Positions 51,151-62,619 of a DNA stretch of 64,000 bases are shown piece after piece (the stretch's first letter is position 1; each line of letters begins with the position of its first letter). This DNA comes from Takakia lepidozioides (Eukaryota; Plantae; Bryophyta). The position numbers and the translations under genes are program-made. The stretch is taken from NCBI GenBank assembly GCA_030704615.1, contig CM060734.1:21142001-21206000 (forward strand). The letters are read 5' to 3'. The notes below the pieces were generated by a model. That model was not told the origin of the DNA. It worked only from the letters and a program-made list of their open reading frames with translations, and ran no database searches.

Positions 51151-53901
51151 CTCTGTCAAGTTAAATAAGCACAGTGTGAAAACAGCTAGAATAAAACTAG
51201 TTATTTGTATTTAACACTTGAATTTAGGTCAAGTGTTAAATCAAGTGTCAAGTTTAGTTTGACACCTGGTCCGTCTTATCTTCACGAGAGCGGCAGTCGC
51301 GCGGCTCATCTCTCTTGAGTTGAGCCTGCGCGACCGAGCTCCTGCATTCTTCAGATCTGAGTGTGCTTATGGTGGTCTTGCTGGTCATCACTCCAGCCTC
51401 ACCACCTACAGCATACTCTAGGATTGACCGGTGATCAAATCTGGCCTAATCCCTATGAAAGCAAGCGCCCACACAAAACCAACATGGCGCACAGTCAAGC
51501 ATGCAGGTGTTGGGGGGGATCCAAACACAAGAAATGAAAACATCAACACCCCCACACCAAAATCCAGCTGCAATGCTGATCCTGCAGAATATCCCAGCCC
51601 AAAACCCCGGACTGACTGGCCTCCACCAAGAGAGGCTTTGGCAACTACGAGTACAAGGTAATGAAAATAGTACAGAGATGGAGGGGAAGAATAGAAGCCC
51701 GCCCAAGCAAGATCTAATCCTGATCTATGCTATCAACTTCCAAACTTCTCTCAAAGTGCCTCGCTCTGCGTGATGGTAAGGTATAGGAGGTATATCTATG
51801 TCCAGAAACCTGCCACTAACCTTGTCCCAAGCTACAGTAGCTCGCTCTAACCAACCCTCCTCCTCTTTCTGCCAGGTAGAGACAAAGCAATACTCCCCTA
51901 TCTCCCGCTCACTGAACACTAAAGAAAACAAAGGTAGGGTCTGATAGTCTCTCAACTCGAAAGCTTTGAGACGGTTGCGGGTGTCCTCATTGCGAATGAC
52001 TGCATCTCCTTCATGCACAACAAACATGTCATTGCTGATGAACCCCCGCTCGTGGTTGCCCTGTGCAGAGCGTATCCGGCTGCAACCATGTCTGATTGCA
52101 CAAACTTGTGTAGCTCCTGCTCCTCTGCTCCAGTACACCACGGCCTTGTGACTGAACACCTTGGTCCCCGGGGCTGTCTTTGGCTGTGTTCCAAGCCTAG
52201 CTTTCACCCACTTTGGTATTTCACCTACAGCTGCAGAACTGCTGGCTCCAACAGAGTTCTGACTGTCCAAGAAAACCAGATAGAGAGACCTGCAGAAATG
52301 AGAATCTATCATGAGAGACTGAATTTGCAAAGATGCTGAGAGATGACGAGGTCGAGAGGGAGTCGACGGGAGCCTTGCAATCCAGCAAGGGAGGGGCAGT
52401 CTGGACCGACTGAGAAGGAGGTAACTCCTTGGGGATCGATTGTGACGGTATGATTGGCTGAAGCGGTGAGGGAGGACTGGGAGAAGACGAGAGGCAGCGG
52501 AGGGGAGCCCTGCAAGTGGCAGTCAACAACCAGAGAAATGGAAGAAGGTAGGTGAGTGGAATGAATTAGTGTAGTTTATCAATGATCGAAGCTGAGCCTG
52601 TGGAGTGTCTGCCGTTGACATGTTTCTCTGTCAAACTCAGGTGAGTCCTGGAAGCGGCATTGATGATCTCTGCCAGCTGATTGGAGGGTTCCTGGTCCAT
52701 TGGCATCATCTTGACGAAGAGCTGCTGCATATGATGTCGTCCCTACCCCGTGAACGTTGGAATTTGCGGAAGATCGCATGTTCAGCATCCGGATCCCTGC
52801 TGATGTCTGTAATCATTTTCACCCAAGCCTTCCTTGCCTCAATTTGAACTTCATAAAAGGCTAACAGCACAGAGAGACATGTCCTCTCTCTACTCAGGGT
52901 CCAATTGCATCTGACGCTTCAAAGATAGGACAAATGACTGTAGATCTTGTGAGACAAAATGTCATAGTTTAGTAGCTTTTGAATTGGGGATGGTGACCCC
53001 GGTTTCCAAATGGTCATTATGGGGATGAGTCGAGGCCAGGCTTTTGAAGGTATGCTGCAGTGAAGGAGACAATGCTCCAGCGATTCCGCTAAGACCTAGG
53101 CTGCAGCATTTACATAGTAATGCCTCTGAAAAGGAAAATCAGGCTCCCACCTTGAGAACCCGGTTTGCCATTTGTCATAGAAATGTGGCCACTTTTGCAA
53201 ATATGACCTTATTGCAGATGTTGGCACAGATATGGTTCCATTTCGCCTATTGGAGGCCATGACCTGCCCACTTCCATTTGATCTGGAATTGGGGTGATTT
53301 AAGCAGCGAGCGGTATGCTGCTTTGGCAGAATAATTAAAGAAGGAGGGTCGAGAGGTGTCCAAAAAGAAAAGTTTGAGGATAGCCAGGTAGCCGGTGACT
53401 GCTCGGGAGGCGCGGAATGGTTCATGTCTTTGTCGGCAGATGACCAGTGGCATATTCTCACAAGGGTGAATTGCTCACCGGAGATTTGTATGGAAACAGG
53501 GAATGAAACCTGAAATAGTTGGATAGATCCAATAATAGATCCAACCTATTAAGAACCAGCCCCGAGAAATGGTCTGTTTTTGTATCCGTATTGTATATGA
53601 CCTGGTTTCGGGAATTGGAACAGGTGACCCAATTGCCAAGGCTACACATTGTCATTGTCGTCTTATTTTGAAAAATCAATTGTCAATTATAGATGTTATT
53701 AGAGTACAAGCATTACGTTGTAGATGCATTAAGCCTAGATTGTTTCCTGCTTATTGTTGTATTTATAGAGAGTCTAACATTGTAGATACTAATCTGAATG
53801 ACTTCACTGATAGTGAAAGGGATACCACTGATTGTGAGTCATCAGAGTCTGATATAGAAAGTGGATAGACACGAGTCATCACAGTCTGATATAGCTAGAA
53901 A

Positions 53902-55043
53902 GTGGACACGATGGTATGTGGTACTCGAAGGGGACCCGTGACTCCTAGTAGACGAAGTGTTACAGACTGTCTTACCATTAATTCACAATGTCCTACCATC
54001 CCCGAGATAGTGAAACGGAAACGAAGCAATGTACCTCAAAAACCTGTTCGTAAACCTCAAGCTCCTGCTCTAATTCTGCCACCTATTGGCAAGAAAAAAA
54101 GGTGCCGGAGAGTAGCATGGTCAGAAGCTCAAATGGCTGAAGCAGTGGCCGCAGTGGAGGATGGAAATTTACCTTCTATTCGAGCTGCAGCACGAAAATT
54201 TCATATTCCAGTCTCTAGCATTAGAAGATGGTTGGGGTCGGGAATCGTGGTCAAACATGGTGGAAGAGGCTTCAAGCTGGTCAAATTTGGAATACTGATG
54301 AAATGGGCATACAAGCAGGCCGCACGTTAGGCATGAGAGTCTTGGCGAGGAGAGGTTCCAGAGACGTGTACGGGGTTCTGCCAAAATCTCGAGAGTGGGT
54401 GACGATTTTGTCTTGCGTGAATGCATCTGGACAGGCATTGCCCAATTTCTATGTATTCAAAGGCAAATCTCGTATACTAAGAAGAAACTACATTGCAGAT
54501 TGTGAAGTGGGAGCAACGATGGCAATCCAAACAAAAGCATGGATGACAACAGAGCTCTTTGCAAATTGGTTGTCTCATTTTCAAGGAACTGTGCCCGGTG
54601 GGATTTCATTGACTAATCGTCACCTGTTGATTTTAGATAATCATTCAAGTCATGTTTCAGAAGCTGTCATAGAACAAGCTGCAAGGATGAGACTTGATAT
54701 CCTCACAATTCCAGCACATATTTCCCATAAGCTTCAACTGTTGGATGTTGCATGTTTTGGGCCTTTCAAACGATATTTCAAGCAAGAGCGCAGTCTGTTT
54801 ATGATGCAACATGAAAGTGAAGTGGAAAAAGAGCATCTGGCTACTATTGCTAGCAAAGCTCTACAAAATGCTTTGACCCCATCAAATATTCGTGCTGGGT
54901 ATAGAAAGGCATATAGCCTATCAACGTTGGTGCCATGGACAGGTGTTTTGGGCCATCCCAATGTGGCGAAGAAGATGCGGCGACGAGGCTGCTGTATATG
55001 GATTCAACTTCAATGCATGGCAGGGATGGTGTGGCTACTGTAA
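53902..55043 (+). mobile_element. pogo/Tigger-like (HTH_psq + DDE_1) transposase remnant
   Basis: WSEAQMAEAVAAVEDG..SIRAAARKFHIPVSSIRRWL (psq HTH), then IWNTDEMG..WVTILSCVNASG..LLILDNHSSH..LQLLDVACFGPFK. The CENP-B-type second HTH is apparently deleted and the sequence is frameshifted. Confidence 0.9.
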
Positions 55044-55468
55044 TCACAAACTCCTTCCATGAGAATGTGATAGATACCAATGATGTGTACATGTCTGATC
55101 TCTCACACCTGGAAGTTGAAGCACATCTACAGTCACAAGTTGATAGTGATATTCCAATAAATCAGTTCTTGAATACTACTAGTAATTCAGAGCTAGAAGT
55201 TGAAGCACCACTAGAGGCTAATTTGCAAGTATCTTCGTCTTTGGATAGGGGGCTGCTATTTCATGAGCGGCATGAGCATGAGCGGAAAAAAAAAAAGCAT
55301 GAGCAGACCATTGTGAGTCCACGGAAATAGGGTTAGGAGGCACGGAAATAGGGTCATGTGAAGTTGGAATGTGGCACCAGTGGACTTGAAATGCAACATT
55401 TTATTGCAAATTTTGTGGCAAGCCACGTCTATACAAGTGTGTTCTAACTATCATAGCCGGAATGGGCA

Positions 55469-58400
55469 CTACTCTCTTACACCCTCCGAGGAACTTGCCC
55501 CACCTTCTTCCTCATCCCCCTCATCCTCCGAGCTCTGTGATGCATCAGTTCCACTATGCCTCTCAAAAATCCCGTCCTCTCCTTGGGGGACTGTCCACCT
55601 CACCTCCTGGGAATCTTCTGCGTCTTCTCCCCCACTTTCCTCAGCAGAATCCAACACAAATCTACTAGCCCGACGGGCTCTAATAGCTGCTGCCTCCTCC
55701 CTCATCTTCATTTTCTTGAGGCTTGCCTCGTCTAAAATCTGCTGTACACGACTACGTTCGGAACACCTCCTAATGGACACCGAAGCAAGCCGGGCAGCAT
55801 AAGTAGGAAGGATGTACTCCCTTTCTGGACTAGGCATGAAATCCCCCCTGGAAAAAAAAGGCACGTTCCTCCTGCCCATGAACTCCGGTGTAGACGTCCC
55901 TCCGGCAGTACTTGGCATCCTACAGTAAGAACAAATCCACTTGAAGAATGTCAATACCAGCACAACCAGAAAGGGTTTTCAATGAAATAAGAGAGCGGAG
56001 GGAGGTGCCTCACAAAATCTGGAGGCAACTTACAATGTCACCACTCACTCGTAAACCGGGGGCTCCTCGGCCTCGATCCCAACTTCCTCCCCCTGCTCCT
56101 TCTCGGATTTTTCCTCATCCTCCGAGGATGCCTCTTCCTCTTTTGGCAGACGTTCAGCCGCTGCAAGTTCCGAGTTGTGGAGGGCAGTATCTGGCTCGAA
56201 GGCGAACACATGCCTGTCGGACAACGTCCCTGCCCACATTGAAGCACCTGAGGAACAAAGCGGGCGGTTAATAGCTTGCGGCATGCAATTGCAATGGGGC
56301 CAGGGGACAAACTGAGCACGTGAAGGCTTACCCGTGCCGCATGTGAGGTCCAGAATCCGCCCTTGGACATCCGAGCACGTCTCCATGAGGGTTTGGATGA
56401 AAGCAGGGCTCCGGGTCCGGCTGTACCGCCACAGTTTGCCTGTCTTTGTGTCCTTCGGCATACTAGAGTGGGGCACATAGTTGTAGAGGACATCGTAGGT
56501 TACAGGGTCCACAGCGGCATCAACAAGACGACCGTCGTTGCGGAATTTGAACGTAGACCCTCTCTTCACAAAGCAATATGCCTCAAACACCAATGTCTGC
56601 ACATCCAACAAAGAAGGGATCAATTCCAGGGTCTACTTAACATACACCACAATATGAAGTGAATGCAATAGATTGATAACTTACACTTTGGCCCTCTGTT
56701 CGCAACCCCTGCGTACTGATGCAGAACCATTTTCTGAGGAGGACCGGGGTGACACTTTTCGGTGTCCACCTTGCCACCGCATTCTCTGTGGTCTTCCCTC
56801 TCGTGGCAAGGACAACCACACATCCACCGTCATCCAGAAGCATCCCCGCCAGCCCAAACCCGGCTTTCCAGTAGTCCTCAGTAAACTTGTTCCAGGTGGG
56901 CACACCATCCAGGCCCTCCAGCAGCTCCCATCTGGAATGTCGAGGAGAATCATGTCGCAAGCTCTCTCCACCTCAACCCCCCCCCCGAGTGCTCTTGCAA
57001 TTCGTGCTCACAGCCGTGAAGAATTCCATCATGGCTTCAAAACCAGGGGTGTCTTTAGGCTCTGTACCGGCAGCCCTCTTCTTGGCTTTCCCCTTCTGCT
57101 CCGCCAGAGACTTGTTGTGTGCCACCTTCTTCGCCCTGGCAGCGAGAGCGTCAAGGAAGCTCTCATTGACGCATTGGATGATGGTTGGAGGTTCTAGCTT
57201 TGGCCTGTGCGTAAACGTCACCGCCGAATACCGCCGTGTAGGCTCGCCCTCAAATGCCAACTTCTTGGCAGAGCCAGTCCCACTCCGAACTGACTTGGGA
57301 ACCCGGACGACCGGTGACTGGGTAGGAGCAACAGCAGTCGCAGGACCTTGAACAAAATCAGCGTCGGAGTCACTCTCTTGGGTCCCCTCTTGCGCCTCCT
57401 CCGATGCCCCGATGGTTTTCTTCTTTTTGGGTGTTACTGCAGTCACCTGTTTCCTTGTCCTTTTCCTTTGACCTTTACTCTTCTCATGCAATTTCTCTTG
57501 AATTCCTGCCTGAGCAAGCTCTGCCGCTTTCCTGGAGTTCGCAAGCGCTTTTGCCTCTTTTGCACCCAACGGAGGCAGCGGAGCCCGGTTTCGTCGGAAT
57601 TCAGCATCCAGCTTCAATTGAAACTCGGATGGGTCGAGCGAGCCGGGCGGAAGGTCCACATACCAAGGGCAATCACGCAAATGTTCTAGATGCCACTCCT
57701 TCACAATATCGTCAGTGTACATGGAGTCAGCCCCAGGGTTCCTCCATGCCAGGAAGAATGGTGGCTTGAAAGACAGATGACCTTTCTCCAAAAGGGAGAA
57801 CTTACAGTACCTGCATTCATGAAAAACACAATGAGGTCCGAAAATGGCTAAGTCCCTGAACGGCAATAGGGCCTACAACTGGAATATGGCGCCGAATTTC
57901 CACTTCAGGGCCACCCAGTCTAGGGACTTAGCCCGAAAATGGCTAAGTCCCTGAACGGCAATACGGCCTGGAACTGGAAAATGGCGCCGAATTTCCAGTT
58001 CAGAGCCAGCCAGTCTAGGGACTTAGCCCGAAAATGGCTAAGTCCCTGGACGGCAATAGGGCCTAGAACTGGAAAACGACGCCGAATTTCCAGTTCCGGG
58101 CCAGCCACCCTAGGGACTTAGCCCGAAAATGGCTAAGTCCCTGGACGGCAATAGGGCCTAGAACTGGAAAACGGCGCCGAATTTCCAGTTCCGGGCCAGC
58201 CACACTAGGGACTTAGCCCGAAAATGGCTAAGTCCCTGGACGGCAATAGGGCCTAGAACTGGAAAACGGCGCCGAATTTCCAGTTCCTGGCCAGCCACCG
58301 TAGGGACTTAGACCGAAAATGGCTAAGTCCCTGGACGGCAATAGGGCCTGGAACTGGAATATGGCACCGAATTTCCACTTCAGGGCCAGCCAGTCTAGGG

Positions 58401-61400
58401 ACTTAGCCCGAAAATGGCTAAGTCCCTGAACGGCAATACGGCCTGGAACTGGAAAAGGGCGCCGAATTTCCAGTTCAGGGCCAGCCAGTCTAGGGACTTA
58501 GCCCGAAAATGGCTAAGTCCCTGGACGGCAATAGGGCCTAGAACTGGAAAACGGCGCCGAATTTCCAGTTGCGGGCCAGCCACACTAGGGACTTAGGCCG
58601 AAAATGGCTAAGTCCCTGAAGGGCAATAGGGCCTAAAACTGGAATATGGCGCCGAATTTCCACTTCAGGGCCAGCCAGTCTAGGGACTTAGGCCGAAAAT
58701 GGCTAAGTCCCTGAACGGCAATAGGGCCTGGAACTGGAAAATGGCGCCGAATTTCCAGTTCCGGGCCAGCCAGTCTAGGGACTTAGCCATTTTCGGAGCC
58801 CTGACTGGAAATCCGGCGCCATTTTCCCTAACACCACTTGAGGCCTCTAACATCCTGAAATGCCAGGACTTGAAAGAAAGGCAGCGCGTATGTACCTGTA
58901 CAGAAGGCGCATTGCTGCTTTGTCCGCGTTCGGCTGGTCGGTGAACTCGTGGCTCCGGCGAGCATCTGCTATCTCCCGAAAGAATAGGTTGGTTTTGTAG
59001 AGCAGAAAGTACCTCGTCACATAGTCACGTAGGCTCTCTGCTGCAGGAGATATCTCCATCTTGAACTGATGTGCTTGTGTGTCCAGCAGCTCTTGCGCAT
59101 TCGTCGTCACCTGTGGAGATTGTCCATCAGATCGCTTTCCTCAAAAAATACAATGAATCCACCCCCTACTAGAGTAGAAGCCCCAAACGAAGCGTGGGGA
59201 AGTACCTGAAACCACCATGTCATGCGGTTCATCCACATGTCGAATGTGGGGTCAGAGAGTTTGTCCGGTTTGGGGAAGCTCCACATGTCCCTGGTACTTT
59301 GGGAACCATTCCAGATTTGGAGCCACCGGGTCTGTCCAACCACCCAGCATATTCGTAAGCGCCAAACACCACAAAAAGGAGTTGTTGCCACCACAATTTT
59401 GTTAAGAATGTATCACCTTTTCTGTTGCATCCACACAGGATGTGGCTAGACGATGGAGCTTCTCCAATGTCATCGTGGGCTTCAGAGCGCGAGAGTAGTG
59501 CTTCCCCACCTCCACCAGAAAGTCGGCACCAAGGGCGGGATCAGCTATGGCCACGTACTTTACCATCCGCGACTTGTACTTTATGCGGGCCCTCACCTCC
59601 GCAGCTTTGACATACGATTCGAGTTCCGGGAGGGTTGGATTCTTCTCCTCTGACTCCATGTAGAACCTCCGCGCATGTGCCAAATCCTGCTGTATTTTCG
59701 TCTGTCAAGAATGCGCACATAAGATTAGAGATCCTGCTCAACACAATTTCTTCTATTGGGGGAGGAGAGACAGATTAGCTCAACAAAACTGTCAGGAGCT
59801 TTACCCGAAATATGTAGTCCCACCATGGCGTCGACGCTCAACCTATACCAGGTTCTGTCTGCCTTTGCCTCCGACTTGCGCAGGAGGTCGGCACTGAGGG
59901 AATTGGCAAACTCTTGCACCCCCTGCTTCCCGACATCCTTCACTCGGAAGAGCATATGGGACAAGTTGGTGGCAATGAAGGCATTCTCAGTCACCCTGCA
60001 GTGCCACATTTCCATCAAACAATACTGAAATGGGAATTTTCATCATATATGAGGATTCGCAATGAAATGACTTCCAAATTCAAAGTCCAAAAGCGAGAGG
60101 GGTTGTAGCTTACGAGTTGATGTCGGCCATTGCAGCTTTGAGAAGACTGTGATCTTTGGGCCCCGCAACCTTCAGCACAACACAATCGACGGCGAAATGC
60201 CAATCGAGATCGTTGGGGTGGGCTTGGGCAATGTGCTCCATCCATGCCAGGAGGCGATGATTGCCGTCCCACACGTAGAACATCTTACCGGACATGTGCT
60301 GGAAAAGAGGATCACTAGCAATCGATCTCTCGAACTCCTCATTTCGCGTTTGCCAATGGGGACCCCATTTGTCCACCTCATCGGAAGTGTGGGCACGGGA
60401 AGCTCCGTGGTCGTTCTCAATGGAAACGTAAAAGGCGGCAGACCCCATTCGATATCCATCCCGGAAAGAGAATTTCAGCTTGTCGATATCGCCTGGGAGG
60501 GCAGGTCTCACCACCTGCAATGACACCAAGCGGCAAAGGGGAATTCGAAGCTTGGCCGGGTACACCATGCCCCCCAGCACCCTGCCAATGTTGTTGTGGG
60601 TTGCCTCCAACATCTTGGCAGCGGCCAACTTCATATCCGCCTCACACATGACGTCTGCTGCAGAGGGGTTTTCCGGCAGCCCACCAGGACCGCCAAATCC
60701 AGCCTGTATGCTCCGGGTTTGGGGCCTGGGGATGTCCGGGAGGATGTCATCCTGGTCAGAAACCTCCATGTCGTCCTCCTCAACAGGGTCAGCCACCTGC
60801 GAAACCACCCGAATTTCCATCCGGGCCCCCCCAAAGGAAGTCTTGTCGGAGGGTCAGACCGAAAACTGGCCGACATAAAAACCTCCACAGATGGGAAAAC
60901 GGCGCCGAATTTCAATTCGGGGCCGTTCCAATGCAGTCGGGGAGAAGGGAGAGGTCGGCACCTGGCCGTCATATTTCAACCCCCGGGACGGAAATTCGGC
61001 ACCGAATATCCAACAGAGCGGCGGAGAGGCGGCACCTCTCCGACAGAGACCATCCCCCGGATGGAAATTCGGCGCCGAATTTCCATCCAGCAGGTAAGTG
61101 GAATCCCGGATGGATGGAGATTCGGCGCCCCCTCTCCCTGGCTTCACCTCGAACTTGCACAATCCGTGCTCTTTCAAGTGTTCTTTCCTCTCCTCCACTC
61201 TCCACCGTATGGGTAATTGCGGGGGCTGCTCTTGCCCGCGATGGTCTAACCGGTGTGCTACTGCCTCTCTGTGGTGTCTTGTAGGGATCCACCGTCTCTG
61301 TGGGTCCCTCGCTTACATTGGCATCTGTCATTTGGGCACCCCTGGCCTCTTCAGCTGCCTTTTGTCTTTCCTCCTGGCTAGCATTCTGTCTCGTCTGTTC

Positions 61401-61691
61401 TTTTGCCCTCTCTTTTGCCCTCTCTTTTGCCCTCTCACGGGCTTTCTGTTTCTTACTAGGGCTAGCAGCAGGGGAGCCCTCCAGGACGACCACCTTTGAT
61501 TGAGGCGAACTGACACCCTCGCGCGCACTGCTCACTCCCCCCTCCGCAGCCCGTGACTGCTCTCTCGCCGGGGATTGCATGTGCTTAGCTTTCTTCTTTT
61601 TCTTTGCGTGGGCGGGCCCTACTGCATGTGCATGAACAACCTCCATTGCCGGATCTGCTGTCCTCATGTCCTCACGCCCTTCACCTGCCAT
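55469..61691 (-). pseudogene. Multi-exon ParB/Srx-like + beta-class amino-DNA-methyltransferase-like gene (copy B; at least 3 frameshifts)
   Basis: ParB-like exon ending at 60114 (WDGNHRLLA), then exons 59995-~59805, 59701-59417, 59331-59206, 59110-58896, 57810-~56685, ~56630-56332, 56247-~56050, and a final acidic exon ~55920-55469. MTase motif IV-like DIPDG at 56927-56941. After removing the 84-bp intron 56248-56331, motifs X-I-II read RSPAFIQTLMETCSDVQGRILDLTCGTGASMWAGTLSDRHVFAFEPD. Confidence 0.75.
57836..58797. repeat. 95-bp tandem repeat, ~10 copies, inside intron 57811-58895
   Basis: Unit starts at 57839, 57934, ... 58694. Each unit has the hairpin AGGGACTTAGCC-N7-GGCTAAGTCCCT and the motif CTGGAA..GGCGCCGAATTTCCAG. 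Confidence 0.97.
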
Positions 61692-62619
61692 GCCGCCTGC
61701 ACCACCTCCCCAATGCCTACTCTGTCGTAATCTCGTTGCAAGTCCTCCCGTCCACCAACAAAAGGTTTAAGTTTGCCCTCTCGCCCCAAGTTGGGCGATT
61801 CAAACATGCGATGAGTTGGAGCTATCGATGATACCACCAGCGTGCCGGGCTCGTCGTCACTCTGTCATTGACAAAAATCGTGAAAACCAACATCGGTGCA
61901 AAAAGCAGCATCGCAATGAGCAGCGCAACCACCATAGCAACAATCATGTAGCAAAATGAAAACATAACAAGTTTAGGAAGTATGGAGAGCCATGCAACAA
62001 ACAATAAAACAAATGCAACCATTGCCTAAGAATGACATGCACAAGCAGCCTTCTCCAGAGCTGCCGATTTGCACACGCATTGCAACAATCTAAGGTTCAC
62101 TCAACTATATAAGTTCACTCATACAACAAAGCCAGGATGAAGATGCAAAAACAAAGCGAGGTAACAAAGCGAAAGCAAAAATAAATCGAACAAACCGAAA
62201 GCAGAAGTGGCTTGCCTGAGAGTACTCGGCTTCAGTTGGCGCAGGTTGTGAGCAAGACACTGGAATCTCCTGCTGGAGCTTCAGTTTGGCCATGCGAGAG
62301 ATTGGCCGTCGTCCGTAGTACAGAGCTTTCAACTTCCGCCGCGGTCTGGATGTGAGGTCTCTCTCAGGAGAGCCACGCCCTTCAGGCGGCATAAGTCCCA
62401 GCCAAAAGATCTCCTTTTTTGGGGTACATGCCTGGAATACTATGTTAAGCCAAGTTTAGCATGAGATTTAGGGTACGTGTCCAGGAAGCCATGCGTCGCC
62501 AGTCCGAATAATAACCGACGGCCGTCGACATTTATTGCCCAACTGCGCAATTAAATGTCGGATGAAGCCCTCAATGTCGGATGAAAATCGACGTAAACAG
62601 TCCCGGAATTTCCAACGTA

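Noticed and set aside
51200-53460. ORFs 51725-52330 and neighbours as a gene or LINE ORF1
   Set aside because: No motif I can recognise with confidence and multiple stops; left unannotated.
57836-58797. CRISPR array (palindromic repeats at regular spacing; likewise 62690-63410)
   Set aside because: The sequences between palindromes are near-identical rather than unique spacers, there are no cas genes, and the context is a eukaryotic intron.
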